Source: Acidimicrobiales bacterium | GTDB taxonomy: Bacteria > Actinomycetota > Acidimicrobiia > Acidimicrobiales > Bog-793 | Reading direction: 5' to 3' | Assembly (NCBI GenBank): GCA_049523315.1 | Contig: JBEKMZ010000003.1 | Span: 14,510 to 78,509, forward strand | DNA length: 64,000 nucleotides | Shown here: positions 54,846 through 63,962 of the stretch, piece by piece | Layout: each line of letters starts with the position of its first letter | How positions within the stretch are numbered: position 1 is the stretch's first letter | The notes under the pieces: generated by a model | Database searches by the model: none | What the model was told of the DNA's origin: nothing | The model's input: only the letters and a program-made list of their open reading frames with translations | Made by a program: the position numbers and the translations under genes

Positions 54846-54919
54846 CGCCCCCGGGAGGACTCGAACCTCCGACCGTCTGCTTAGAAGGCAGCTGCTCTAT
54901 TCCGCTGAGCTACGGGGGC
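54846..54919 (-). tRNA. tRNA-Arg (anticodon TCT)
   Basis: Hand-folded cloverleaf: GCCCCCG/CGGGGGC acceptor, GCTC..GAGC D-arm, anticodon loop CTTCTAA, GGAGG-TTCGAGT-CCTCC T-arm, discriminator G. No encoded CCA. Confidence 0.93.
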
Positions 54920-55044
54920 CTTGCGTGGGATCCGTGACGCCTGCAAGCGTAGGTGATGTCGACACCTGCGCCGGTGAACGGCGACTCGACGAAGCGCCGA
55001 GCACAGCGCATTCAACTGGTTCTTCGCGACGAGAGAGGCTATCT

Positions 55045-55404
55045 GTGGCTGTCAGAATCGAGATCGGAATCGACAGCGTCATGCCGGAGGAACTCGCGCC
55101 TTTCTGGGCAGAAGCGCTCGGATACGCGATCGGCGACATGGACCGCGCCGGGACATATCTCGACCTCATCCCGCCTGGGAGGGAGATGCCGGTCGTCTAT
55201 CTGCAGCGAGTGCCCGAACGCAAGACGGTCAAGAACCGTTTGCACCTCGACCTTTGGACAGCCGAGGTCGAACAGACCATCGCGAGGCTGATCTCGCTCG
55301 GGGCCACCCGCCTAGGGAGTGTGGTCTCTGGCAGCGAAGGGGGCAGCTGGCAGGTAATGGCGGACCCCGAGGGCAACGAATTCTGCGTCTGCCGAGCGGA
55401 TTAG
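55045..55404 (+). CDS. VOC/glyoxalase-like domain protein
   Basis: In-frame GTG at 55045. FWAEALGY...NRLHLDL...[10 protein letters not shown] is typical of the glyoxalase-like family. The longer ORF runs antisense through tRNA-Arg and is not credible. Confidence 0.75.
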   Translation: MAVRIEIGIDSVMPEELAPFWAEALGYAIGDMDRAGTYLDLIPPGREMPVVYLQRVPERKTVKNRLHLDLWTAEVEQTIARLISLGATRLGSVVSGSEGGSWQVMADPEGNEFCVCRAD

Positions 55405-55492
55405 CGGGGCCGCCGAGAAGGACGACTTCGGGTGATCTCGCTCGCTGTGCCATGCTTGAGAGGTACCGAGAGGCAAACCACCTCCCGGTCGT

Positions 55493-55567
55493 GGTGGCCG
55501 TAGCTCAGTTGGTTAGAGCGCCAGGTTGTGGCCCTGGAGGTCGGGGGTTCAAGTCCCCTCGGTCACC
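55493..55567 (+). tRNA. tRNA-His (anticodon GTG), with encoded G-1
   Basis: Hand-folded: G-1, acceptor GTGGCCG/CGGTCAC (one G-U pair), anticodon loop TTGTGGC, T-arm GGGGG-TTCAAGT-CCCCT, discriminator C. Confidence 0.93.
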
Positions 55568-55616
55568 CTTTCGGGCAGCCTTACGCCGGGAGACCGGCTA
55601 AGCTGACCGGCCGGAT

Positions 55617-55690
55617 GCGCCTCTAGCTCAATTTGGCAGAGCAACGGACTCTTAATCCGCAGGTTCTGGGTTCGAGTCCCAGGGGGCGCA
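55617..55690 (+). tRNA. tRNA-Lys (anticodon CTT)
   Basis: Hand-folded: acceptor GCGCCTC/GGGGCGC, D-arm GCTC..GAGC, anticodon loop CTCTTAA, T-arm CTGGG-TTCGAGT-CCCAG, discriminator A. Confidence 0.93.
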
Positions 55691-56024
55691 CTTCAGGCGC
55701 ACAAAGGTTTCGCGCCACCACCGGGCCTGCGGCGCGGCGGGCGAGCTAAGTCGCGCGGACACCTCAGTACTACGCCGAGAGCCTGGGCACATGTTCATAT
55801 TGGGATCTCATCCTCGGCGGCGTTCAGCGTTCTCGAAACTGCGTGATCCAGCTCAATTGCGAGGCATGGTTCGGTCTCGCGGCTGGTCGGACCCCGGGCG
55901 GCACGCCGACTCACCTTGGTCTGCGGTACCGACGACCGGCCCATTTTGCTTGCCCACCTACGAGGTTCAACGGGCGCCGGACCTGCACGCGAGACTCCCC
56001 TGAGAGCACCTCGCCGGCGTCACC

Positions 56025-57317
56025 GTGACAATCGAGTGTCGCGGCGACGATCGACTTAGAGTCACCTCGATGCTCACGATGCCGTCCCATCCTCCGCCCA
56101 GAGGCGCGGCACCGATAGGCACGGCGCGGGCGGAAGGCGACCGGTCATCACCACCGGCGCGCTCCGAGTCCCGCAGACTGGTCGCAGTCGCGGTCGGCCT
56201 CAGCCTTGCCTCGAGCTTGGCCTGTCTCCTGGTCGTCAGGATCCTTCTTCCTCCCCACAGGAGCCTCTGGCATGTGCTGATGATGTGGGACGCTTTCTGG
56301 TATCGCGACATCGCACTCCACGGCTACTCGTGGAACCCGAGATTCACTGGTCAGCAGAACCCGAACTTCTTCCCGCTCTACCCACTGTTCGAGCGCGCCA
56401 GCCGCTTCCTCACCGGCTTGCCCATCAGTCGGCTCGCGGTCGCCTCGAGCATCCTCTTCCAGGCAGTCGCGGCCGCGCTGCTGACTCTCATAACCAGCGA
56501 GCAAGGCGCAACAAGGCGCGAGGCGCTCGCCTGGGTGACGTTGTTCATCGTCAGCCCCCCAGTTGTCGCCGACATCATGGGTTACTACAGCTCCTTGTTC
56601 TGCGTTTTGTTCTTCCTCTCGATTTACATGGCTCAACGGGGGCGGCTGTGGCTCGCCGCTCTCGCGGTTGGCCTCGCCGGTGCCGCGAACCCGCTCGGTG
56701 TCGCGTTTGCCGCCGGATTCACGACTTGGGCGCTAGTTGGCCTTGTGGCAACGCGGTCAGTCACATGGCGATCCTTGGCGCGCGTCGGAGGTCAGGCCCT
56801 CGTCTCGGTGTGCGGAGTGATCGGGTACGCGCTCTACCTGCTCGTCGCCTTCCGGGATCCCCTTGCCTTCTACCAGGCCACGAAGGGCTGGTCAGTCCCC
56901 TTGCCGCTCGTAACAGTGCTGGGCCGGATCGTGACCTTCGAGCCCGTGCGAGGCTCGGTGACGCGCTGGGCCGCATCACCATACGGGTCGGCGGTCAACT
57001 TCCTTCTCGACGCCTTAGTCGCGCTTGCCGTGGTGGCTCTAATCATCGCGCTCGTCGCTTTGGGCGACGCCGTCAGGAACCTAGGTTTCTGGCTCGTCGT
57101 CTTCGCGTTCCTTCTCCTCCAGGCTTTGTCAGCCCGATGGGGCTCCGAGATTGGCGCGATGCGCATCCTGCTACCGGTGGTCTTCGGGGCCGGTGCCCTC
57201 GGCCCTCTGCGCCGCGTGCTTACGAGACCAGTAGTCTTCACAGTGCTGCTGATCGTCCTCATGGCCACCACGGCGTTCTTGCTCCAGCACCTTGCGACCG
57301 GGCAATGGCTCGACTGA
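56025..57317 (+). CDS. GT-C-type integral membrane glycosyl(mannosyl)transferase-like protein (PIG-V/DUF2029-like)
   Basis: More than 10 TM helices. The N-terminal loop motif WDAFWYRDIALHGY...NFFPLYP is typical of PIG-V-like mannosyltransferases. The start is uncertain; an ATG 15 codons in (MLTMPS) is possible. Confidence 0.65.
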   Translation: MTIECRGDDRLRVTSMLTMPSHPPPRGAAPIGTARAEGDRSSPPARSESRRLVAVAVGLSLASSLACLLVVRILLPPHRSLWHVLMMWDAFWYRDIALHGYSWNPRFTGQQNPNFFPLYPLFERASRFLTGLPISRLAVASSILFQAVAAALLTLITSEQGATRREALAWVTLFIVSPPVVADIMGYYSSLFCVLFFLSIYMAQRGRLWLAALAVGLAGAANPLGVAFAAGFTTWALVGLVATRSVTWRSLARVGGQALVSVCGVIGYALYLLVAFRDPLAFYQATKGWSVPLPLVTVLGRIVTFEPVRGSVTRWAASPYGSAVNFLLDALVALAVVALIIALVALGDAVRNLGFWLVVFAFLLLQALSARWGSEIGAMRILLPVVFGAGALGPLRRVLTRPVVFTVLLIVLMATTAFLLQHLATGQWLD

Positions 57318-57880
57318 GCCAGCCTCCAGCTTCGCCGGAGCGCCGTGGCGGGCGGAGAAGACCCCGTCCCAGGCACCTCGTCGCCGCCAGTCTCGGCGCC
57401 TGGGTGCTTCTGGCGAGCCTCGTGCCGCTTTCCGGCACCCTCGGAGCGGCCCTCAGGACCGGGACCGCGGTGCGACGGCTGCACGGCGAGGCTGTAGTCC
57501 TGGGCGTCGGTTGGACGGGCAAGATCGAACACGTCCCAGACGCGGACGTTTCCACGGGGCCGCGGGCATGGGAGCTCTCGCTCGGCCCGACAGCGACGAT
57601 CCGACTCCGGCCTGACCGGCAGGCTGTCTCACTCGAGTTAGCCCCAGTGGGTTGTCGGTCCGAGCGCCTAGCTCTCGGGGCCCCTGGTGCCCGACCAGGG
57701 CAGAGTCTGCAACTACGTATCGGTTTCCACTGGTACACGATCGGCCTTGCCTTCGTGCACGACGCCCGTCGGCTCACTCTCTCGGCCCGCTGCGCTGTCC
57801 CCACGACGCCGCTCCCCACAGGCACAGCCAGGCCGCTCGCCGTCGCCATCGCAGGTCTCGCGTGGACCGATGGCCCCTAA
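57305..57880 (+). CDS. Hypothetical exported protein
   Basis: Internal ATG of the noise ORF 56285..57880. The Arg-rich N-terminus followed by a hydrophobic helix (LVAASLGAWVLLASLV) resembles a signal peptide. No family recognised. Confidence 0.4.
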   Translation: MARLSQPPASPERRGGRRRPRPRHLVAASLGAWVLLASLVPLSGTLGAALRTGTAVRRLHGEAVVLGVGWTGKIEHVPDADVSTGPRAWELSLGPTATIRLRPDRQAVSLELAPVGCRSERLALGAPGARPGQSLQLRIGFHWYTIGLAFVHDARRLTLSARCAVPTTPLPTGTARPLAVAIAGLAWTDGP

Positions 57881-57917
57881 TTCAGCTCTGAGACCACTCG
57901 CACGACAGTTGCGGCCC

Positions 57918-58060
57918 GTGGCAGCTCTGCTACCCTCGGACCGACGGCCTCGGTCGTCACGCTGCCAGAAGGGGAAGTCCGGTGAAAGTCCGGCGCTGGC
58001 CCGCAACCGTAGGCGAGACGAGTCCTCGCAAGCCGGGAAACCTGCTGGCAGTGAGTCCTA
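57918..58060 (+). promoter_or_regulatory. Cobalamin (B12) riboswitch
   Basis: Core read directly: AGAAGGGGAAGTCCGGTGAAAGTCCGGCGCTGGCCCGCAACCGTAGG...GAGTCC...GCCGGGAAACCTGCTGGCAG. The closing helix is CTGCCAG/CTGGCAG. It sits ~90 nt upstream of the ATG at 58147. Boundaries are approximate. Confidence 0.85.
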
Positions 58061-58146
58061 ACAACCGTCGAGGAACACGGCGACTGGGAACCGGCACGGC
58101 AGCACTCGCTCCGCTTCCGGGATCCAGTATCCGGGAGAGGACCTTC

Positions 58147-59289
58147 ATGCCGTCGTCTGCCAGTCGGACCGCTCGAACCTGCCTTGTTGTCACCTTGGTG
58201 TGCCTCGGAGCCCTATTCCCTCTCGGCGCGGCCTCGGGCACCGCCCGGGGATCCTCTGTCCTCGCCGGACCTCGCAGCACCCAAGCCCAGGTCGCAAACG
58301 CTACCGTGGCCGCCGCGGGGGCGGGCTGGATCGCTCGCGACCTCCGTTCCAGCGGAGCGCTCATCGACGCCGAGTCGCTCCAGCCCAGTGCGGGAGACAC
58401 GGCCAACGCGATCTTGGCCCTTGTCGCCGCCGGGTACGGCGCCAACCAGGTCAGGACGGCGACGACCTGGCTCGAACACAACTATGCGTCATATGTATCC
58501 TCCAACGGCACCGACAGCGCGGGCAGGCTCGCCCTGGTGATACTCGCCGGCGCCGCGGCCGGCGCAAGACCCAGCCAGTTCGGCGGAACGGCCGCGTCGG
58601 ACAATCTCGTCGCGCGACTCGAAGCGACCGAGCAGATGACTGGGGCGTCCGCCGGAGCCTTCGGCACCGGGCTCGCTGTGAACGCGTTCTATCAGTCGCT
58701 AGCCCTCCTCGCGCTTGCCGCGGTGAAGAAGCTCGGGAAGGGGACCAAGCTCGGCGAGACCTTCCTGGCGCAGCTGCAGTGCACCGACGGGGGTTGGGAG
58801 TACAGCCGGGCGGACGCCACCACCGCGTGCGTGACGCCGAACCCGAAAAACGTCGCCAGCCCCGACACGAACACCACAGCAGTGGCCGACCAGGCCATCG
58901 TGGCAACAGGGGGCCACTTCACGCACAACCCTGTCACCTTCTTCGCCGACTCACAGGAGACCAACGGCTCCTTCGGTGTCTACGGTGTCTCGGGCGAGGG
59001 CCAAACCGGCGACCCTGACTCGACCGGTTATGTGATCCAGGCGTTGATCGCGCTGCGCGCCCTCAACGACAAGATCTTCGTGCGCGGCGGAACCACACCC
59101 GAAGAGGCCTTGGCGCGGTTCCAGTACGGGTGCAAAGCCCCGGTCAGCGAACGTGGCGAGTTTGCCTACTACGGCAAGCCGAGCCAATTGGCCACATTGC
59201 AGGCAGTGCCTGCTGCCGCCGGAGTCGCGTTACCTGTCACTTCTCGCAAGCTGTCGGTCGCTGAGCCACGGCTCAGCTGTGCGTCCTGA
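58147..59289 (+). CDS. Secreted prenyltransferase/squalene-cyclase-repeat (alpha/alpha-barrel) protein, putative corrinoid-binding component
   Basis: ATG at 58147. Signal peptide (TCLVVTLVCLGALFPLGAASG). Terpenoid-cyclase-like repeat motifs (LQCTDGGWEYS, SQETNGSFGVYG, DSTGYVIQAL). First gene after the B12 riboswitch. Confidence 0.7.
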   Translation: MPSSASRTARTCLVVTLVCLGALFPLGAASGTARGSSVLAGPRSTQAQVANATVAAAGAGWIARDLRSSGALIDAESLQPSAGDTANAILALVAAGYGANQVRTATTWLEHNYASYVSSNGTDSAGRLALVILAGAAAGARPSQFGGTAASDNLVARLEATEQMTGASAGAFGTGLAVNAFYQSLALLALAAVKKLGKGTKLGETFLAQLQCTDGGWEYSRADATTACVTPNPKNVASPDTNTTAVADQAIVATGGHFTHNPVTFFADSQETNGSFGVYGVSGEGQTGDPDSTGYVIQALIALRALNDKIFVRGGTTPEEALARFQYGCKAPVSERGEFAYYGKPSQLATLQAVPAAAGVALPVTSRKLSVAEPRLSCAS

Positions 59290-60055
59290 GCCCGGGCAGG
59301 CCGCGGCCGTCGCATTAGTCTCAGCCGCGTTCTTGGTGGCGACGCTCGCAGCGACAGTCATACGGGCCGGGCCGCCCGCAGCAGCGAGCACGGCCCACGC
59401 ACCATCGCAGGCCTGGCAGAGCTGTGTCGCGCCTCGCCACCTCTCCGAGACTCAGATCGTCGTCCCAGTTGTCGTCGACTTCGGTGGCCCAGCCGCCAAG
59501 GTCCTCGTCACCTGCGTCGTGGCAAGCACCGGAGAGACAGGTGCCCAGGTCCTCGAGGCCCAGGCACACCTGGTCGGATACCCGACTCCGCGTTATGCGA
59601 CCTCTGGTTTGCTCTGTGCGATCGATGGCTACCCGAGGACTGGGTGCGGGTCAGAGCTGGGTGCGCATTACGCGTACTGGGCCTACTGGCACGCTGGGAG
59701 GCGCTGGCAGTACGCGAACGACGGCCCCGGGGAGTGGACGGTCTCCAAGGGCGACGTGGAGGGATGGCGCTTCGAGCCCGATGGAAGCGCCTCGCCCGCT
59801 GACCCGCCTCCCCGGGCCTTTTCGACCGCGGCCGCGCTCGAGGCGACCGTCAGGGCTCGGCCTTCGACAGGCGGCGCGACAACATTGGGATCATCCGCGA
59901 GTACCCCGAGCGGGGACGCAGCCGGCCCGATCCACCAGGTGGCGCGTTCCGGCGGCGCAACAACACCCCTCTTTGGAGCCTGTGTCGCCCTCATCGTCCT
60001 CATTGGCGCCGCGACGTTGCTGCGCGCACGGCGCGCGAGTGGTCGAGCCATATAG
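59279..60055 (+). CDS. DUF4430 (transcobalamin C-terminal-like) domain protein with N-terminal signal/anchor and C-terminal TM helix
   Basis: The GTG at 59279 overlaps the upstream gene by 11 nt. The DUF4430-like core is GLLCAIDGYP...HYAYWAYWHAGRRWQYANDGPGEWTVSKGDVEGWRF. A Ser/Ala/Pro linker and a C-terminal hydrophobic helix follow. Confidence 0.65.
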   Translation: MRPEPGQAAAVALVSAAFLVATLAATVIRAGPPAAASTAHAPSQAWQSCVAPRHLSETQIVVPVVVDFGGPAAKVLVTCVVASTGETGAQVLEAQAHLVGYPTPRYATSGLLCAIDGYPRTGCGSELGAHYAYWAYWHAGRRWQYANDGPGEWTVSKGDVEGWRFEPDGSASPADPPPRAFSTAAALEATVRARPSTGGATTLGSSASTPSGDAAGPIHQVARSGGATTPLFGACVALIVLIGAATLLRARRASGRAI

Positions 60056-61153
60056 ATGCTCCGCACCCGCGCGCAGCCGCTGCACCCGGTCGCCTGGTGG
60101 TGCTGGGCGGGGGCGCTCGCGGTCACGGCCAGCCGGACGACGAACTTGCTCGTTCTCAGCCTTATCCTGGCCGTCGTCGCGTGGGTCGTGACAACGAGAC
60201 GGGCCGACAGCCCATGGGCTCGGTCGTTCAGCGCCCTGTTGCGTCTCGGAGCGTTCGTGATCCTTGTCCGTCTCGTCGTCCAGGTCTTCTTTGGCGACCG
60301 CGTTCCGGGCGACACCTGGTTCACCCTCCCCTCGATCGCACTTCCCCATTGGGCTGCCGGCGTGGCCATCGGCGGACCGGTGACGGCCCAAGCTGTCCTT
60401 GGGGCGCTCTGCGAGGGACTGCAGATTGCCGTGATCCTGGCATGCTTCGGTGCCGCCAACTCCCTCGCGAGCTCGTTCCGGCTCCTGCGCTGCGTACCGG
60501 CCGGGCTGTACGAGGTTGCCGTAGCGGTGACAGTGGCAGTCTCGTTCACGCCCCAGGTCGTGCTCTCGATCGCACGGGTCAAGGACGCGCGTCGCCTGCG
60601 GGGTCGGCCCACGACCGGGTTAAAGGGATGGCGGGGTTTGGCCGTCCCGGTCCTCGACGGCGCCCTCGAGCGCTCCGTGGCACTCGCGGCTTCCATGGAC
60701 GCCCGCGGTTTTGGGCGCCGGTCGATCTCCCCGAGGCGTCGGCGGTTGACCGCCGCGGCCACCCTTGGGGGACTGATCGGTCTCGGTATCGGCATGTTCG
60801 ACGTGCTCGACTCGAGCTCCGCGTCGGGCATCGGACTCGCGGTCATCGGGCTCGGCGGCGCCCTCGTGGTCGGCGGGATGGCCGTCGCCTCCCACGGTTC
60901 GCGTAGCCGCTACCGGCCAGACCGTTGGCTCTCTGTCGAGTGGCTCGTGGTTGCTTCAGGGCTGGCGGCGATCGCGGGAGTCGTCGCTGCCGGCTGGAGC
61001 GATCCCGCCTCGCTCGTGCAGCCGCTCTACCCCCTCACTCTGCCCACGGTCCCTCTCAGCGCGCTGGCGGGCATAGTCCTCGCCGCCTTGCCGTCGGCTG
61101 TCGCTCCTAGCTTGGTGCCGGCACGACCCCGCCTGCGGGAGGCAGTGGCGTGA
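60056..61153 (+). CDS. ECF transporter transmembrane (T) component, CbiQ/EcfT family
   Basis: Polytopic protein with the conserved C-terminal Arg-containing coupling helices (VLSIARVKDARRLRG...SMDARGF). Confidence 0.85.
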   Translation: MLRTRAQPLHPVAWWCWAGALAVTASRTTNLLVLSLILAVVAWVVTTRRADSPWARSFSALLRLGAFVILVRLVVQVFFGDRVPGDTWFTLPSIALPHWAAGVAIGGPVTAQAVLGALCEGLQIAVILACFGAANSLASSFRLLRCVPAGLYEVAVAVTVAVSFTPQVVLSIARVKDARRLRGRPTTGLKGWRGLAVPVLDGALERSVALAASMDARGFGRRSISPRRRRLTAAATLGGLIGLGIGMFDVLDSSSASGIGLAVIGLGGALVVGGMAVASHGSRSRYRPDRWLSVEWLVVASGLAAIAGVVAAGWSDPASLVQPLYPLTLPTVPLSALAGIVLAALPSAVAPSLVPARPRLREAVA

Positions 61154-62781
61154 TCACCTTCGACCGCGTCACGGTCACCTACCCAGGCGCTTCGGCGCCG
61201 ACGCTCGAGAACGTGAGCCTGGAGATCGAAGAGGGGCACTTCGCTCTCGTCATCGGCGCCACGGGAGCGGGGAAGTCAACCTTGCTCCGCTGCGTGAACG
61301 GCCTGGTGCCCCACTTCTCCGGTGGGCTCCTCAACGGCAGCGTCACCGTCGACGGTAGAAGCACCGAAAACTACAGGCCGCGCGACCTTGCCGACGCGGT
61401 CGGCTATGTAGGACAGGACGCCGATGCGAGCTTCGTCGCCGACACCGTCGAGGACGAGCTCGCGTACGCCATGGAGAACTTAGGGGTGGAAGCCGCGACG
61501 ATGCGCCGGCGTGTCGAGGACGTGTTGGACGCCTTGAACCTGCATGCCCTGCGCCAGCGGGCGATCACGACCCTGTCTGGTGGCCAGCGCCAGCGCGTCG
61601 CCATCGGCGCCGCTTTCACAGCCGCACCGCGGGCCCTCGTGCTCGACGAGCCGACGTCCTCGCTCGACCCCGTCTCGGCAGAGGAGGTCCTCGCGTCCCT
61701 GGCGCGTCTCGTCCACGACCAGGGCACGACGATCCTCGTCGCCGAGCACCGTCTTGAGCGCATCGCCCAGTTCGCAGACGTCGTGGTCGAGCTCGGCACC
61801 GGCGCAGGTGAGCTTCGAAGCGGCCCGCCTGCTGTGGTCTTTGCCACTGCCGCCCTTGCGCCACCGGTCGTCCGGCTGGCCCGCCTGGCAGGGTGGTTCC
61901 CTGTCCCTCTCTCGGTCCGCGATGCGCGGCGCCACGCCCCAGAACTCAGGCGGCGCCTAGAGCCGAGATGGCATCCGGCAGCAATCGCCGAGCCCGGAGA
62001 GCGCGTCGCGCGTGTAAAGGGCCTCACCGCTGCTTACGGTCCGATCCCGGCGCTTGCGGACGTAAGCCTCGACCTTCGCGAAGGCGAAGTAGTCGCGCTC
62101 ATGGGAAGGAACGGAGCCGGCAAGTCGACGCTTCTGCACCACCTCGTCGGCCTTCGCCGGCCCCAGCACGGCTCGGTGGACGTCCTCGGACGGGCGCCCG
62201 CCGCCATCAGCCCCGCTGAAGCGATCCGGCTCGTGGGCCTCGTTCCCCAAGACCCCGGGGCTCTCCTATGCGCCGAGAGCGTGACGGCCGAGTGCGCAGA
62301 CGCCGACAGGGACGCACGGCTTGACACGGGGACGACTCGGGCCGTGCTCGAGTCGCTCGTGGAGGACATTCCCCCCAGCGCGCATCCGAAGGACCTCTCC
62401 GAAGGCCAACGCCTCGCCCTCGCACTTGCGATCGTCTTGGCGCCCGAGCCCCCGCTGCTCCTTTTGGACGAGCCGACTCGTGGTCTTGACTACACCGCGA
62501 AGGAGCGGCTGTCGCGCCATCTTCGCGAGCTCGCGGCGCGTGGCCGCTGCGTCGTGGTCGCGACTCACGACGTTGAGCTCGTCGCCGAGGTCGCTGACCG
62601 CGTTGTCGTGCTGGCCGACGGCGAGGTGATCACCGACGGTCCTGCCCGGTCAGTCGTCTGCCATTCGGCCGGTCTCGCTTCCCAGGTCTCCCGCATCCTC
62701 GCCCCGGCGGAGTGGTTGACAGTCGAGGAGGTCGAGGCCGCGTTCGGCGCGACTGCATCGAGAACCGAGTCGGCCCGGTGA
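61150..62781 (+). CDS. Fused tandem ABC ATPase (EcfA-EcfA')
   Basis: Two complete cassettes. Walker A: GATGAGKST and GRNGAGKST. Signature: LSGGQRQRV and LSEGQRLAL. Walker B: LVLDEPTS and LLLDEPTR. Confidence 0.92.
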   Translation: MITFDRVTVTYPGASAPTLENVSLEIEEGHFALVIGATGAGKSTLLRCVNGLVPHFSGGLLNGSVTVDGRSTENYRPRDLADAVGYVGQDADASFVADTVEDELAYAMENLGVEAATMRRRVEDVLDALNLHALRQRAITTLSGGQRQRVAIGAAFTAAPRALVLDEPTSSLDPVSAEEVLASLARLVHDQGTTILVAEHRLERIAQFADVVVELGTGAGELRSGPPAVVFATAALAPPVVRLARLAGWFPVPLSVRDARRHAPELRRRLEPRWHPAAIAEPGERVARVKGLTAAYGPIPALADVSLDLREGEVVALMGRNGAGKSTLLHHLVGLRRPQHGSVDVLGRAPAAISPAEAIRLVGLVPQDPGALLCAESVTAECADADRDARLDTGTTRAVLESLVEDIPPSAHPKDLSEGQRLALALAIVLAPEPPLLLLDEPTRGLDYTAKERLSRHLRELAARGRCVVVATHDVELVAEVADRVVVLADGEVITDGPARSVVCHSAGLASQVSRILAPAEWLTVEEVEAAFGATASRTESAR

Positions 62782-63614
62782 GCTCGCGACACTCCCCCCG
62801 TCCCATTGGCCTCGACAGGTTCGGGGCGACCGCGATCGCGATCGCATCTGTGCTCGGTGCGGTCTCGTTCCTGTGGCCGCTCTTCGTCCCATCACACGCT
62901 TCGGTCAACCAAGCTCACGCCGGTGATGCCCCGTGGATTGTGGCCGTCCTCCTCCCGCTCCTGCTCCTCGCCATTCTGGGCGAGTTCAGCTCCGGTGGAA
63001 TGGACGCGAAGGGTGTCGCGATGCTCGGTGTGCTCGGAGCCTGTGGTGCCGCCCTCCGACTCCCCTCGGGCGGTGCGGCCGGCTTCGAGCCGGTCTTCTT
63101 CTTGCTGTTCCCGGCGGGCTACATCTTCGGACGCCACTTCGGGTTCTTGTTGGGAGCGCTCACGCTTTTCGCCTCGGCTCTCGTCACCGGCGGCGTAGGG
63201 CCGTGGTTGCCTTTCCAGATGATGGCCGCAGCCTGGATCGGATTCGGGGCAGGGTGCCTTCCCCACTTGCGAGGCCGTCGCGAGCTCGCCGTCCTCGCCA
63301 CGTACGCGGCGGTCGCCTGCCTTGTCTACGGCTTGTTGATGGACCTGTGGTTCTGGCCCTTCGGCACCGGCACCTCCTCCACCCTCTCCTTTCAGCCCGG
63401 GGCCGGGGTGGCACACAACCTCGTCCGTTTCCTCCTGTTCCACGCCTCGAGCTCGCTCGGATTCGACATACCCCGCGCGGTTCTGAATGCCGGGCTCATC
63501 GTGGTCGCCGGTCGCCCTGTGCTCGCCGCCCTTCGGCGGGCCAGCCACCGCGCCGCCTTTGGCGCCCCGGTCGAGGTCCGCCCTCACCAGCTCGACGTTC
63601 CCGCAAGCTCGTAG
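62778..63614 (+). CDS. ECF transporter substrate-specific (S) component, predicted corrinoid-specific
   Basis: The GTG at 62778 overlaps the ATPase stop (GTGA). 6-TM small integral membrane protein. Last gene of the riboswitch-controlled unit. Specificity is inferred from context only. Confidence 0.65.
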   Translation: MSSRHSPRPIGLDRFGATAIAIASVLGAVSFLWPLFVPSHASVNQAHAGDAPWIVAVLLPLLLLAILGEFSSGGMDAKGVAMLGVLGACGAALRLPSGGAAGFEPVFFLLFPAGYIFGRHFGFLLGALTLFASALVTGGVGPWLPFQMMAAAWIGFGAGCLPHLRGRRELAVLATYAAVACLVYGLLMDLWFWPFGTGTSSTLSFQPGAGVAHNLVRFLLFHASSSLGFDIPRAVLNAGLIVVAGRPVLAALRRASHRAAFGAPVEVRPHQLDVPASS

Positions 63615-63674
63615 GGGGCCTCTCGCCCCAGGCTGGTGCATGCTTTGGCCGAGACGGCACCAGCACCGCTGTGA

Positions 63675-63962
63675 TCAGGACACGGGCACTCCGGCAGACG
63701 GGTCGTCCTCGATTCTGTGTTTCACGCTGACCATGAACCCCGGGCCCTCGGAGGTCTCGACCGACGTGCAGGTGATCTCGTCCGGGCTCATCTCCTCGAG
63801 ATCGAAGCCCAGGGCGTTCGCGAGCTCCGCCAGCTCGGCGTAAGCGCTCGCGTAGTCCTCCGGTCGCCGCCCGGCGCGGACCACCTGTGCGAACCATTCC
63901 TTCCCGACGGGCACGAGGTCCGACACCGATCGCCGTCTCGGTATCCGACCGATTCCGCCCAC
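63675..63962 (-). CDS. Hypothetical protein
   Basis: 95-aa ORF with plausible composition (…EDYASAYAELAELANALGFDLEEMSPDEIT…). No family recognised. Confidence 0.35.
   Translation of the reverse strand: MGGIGRIPRRRSVSDLVPVGKEWFAQVVRAGRRPEDYASAYAELAELANALGFDLEEMSPDEITCTSVETSEGPGFMVSVKHRIEDDPSAGVPVS

Noticed and set aside
58100-58146. Direct repeat TCCGGGA...TCCGGGA just before the ATG at 58147 as a separate regulatory element.
   Set aside because: It is most simply part of the riboswitch expression platform sequestering the GGGAGAGG ribosome-binding site, so it is not an independent feature.
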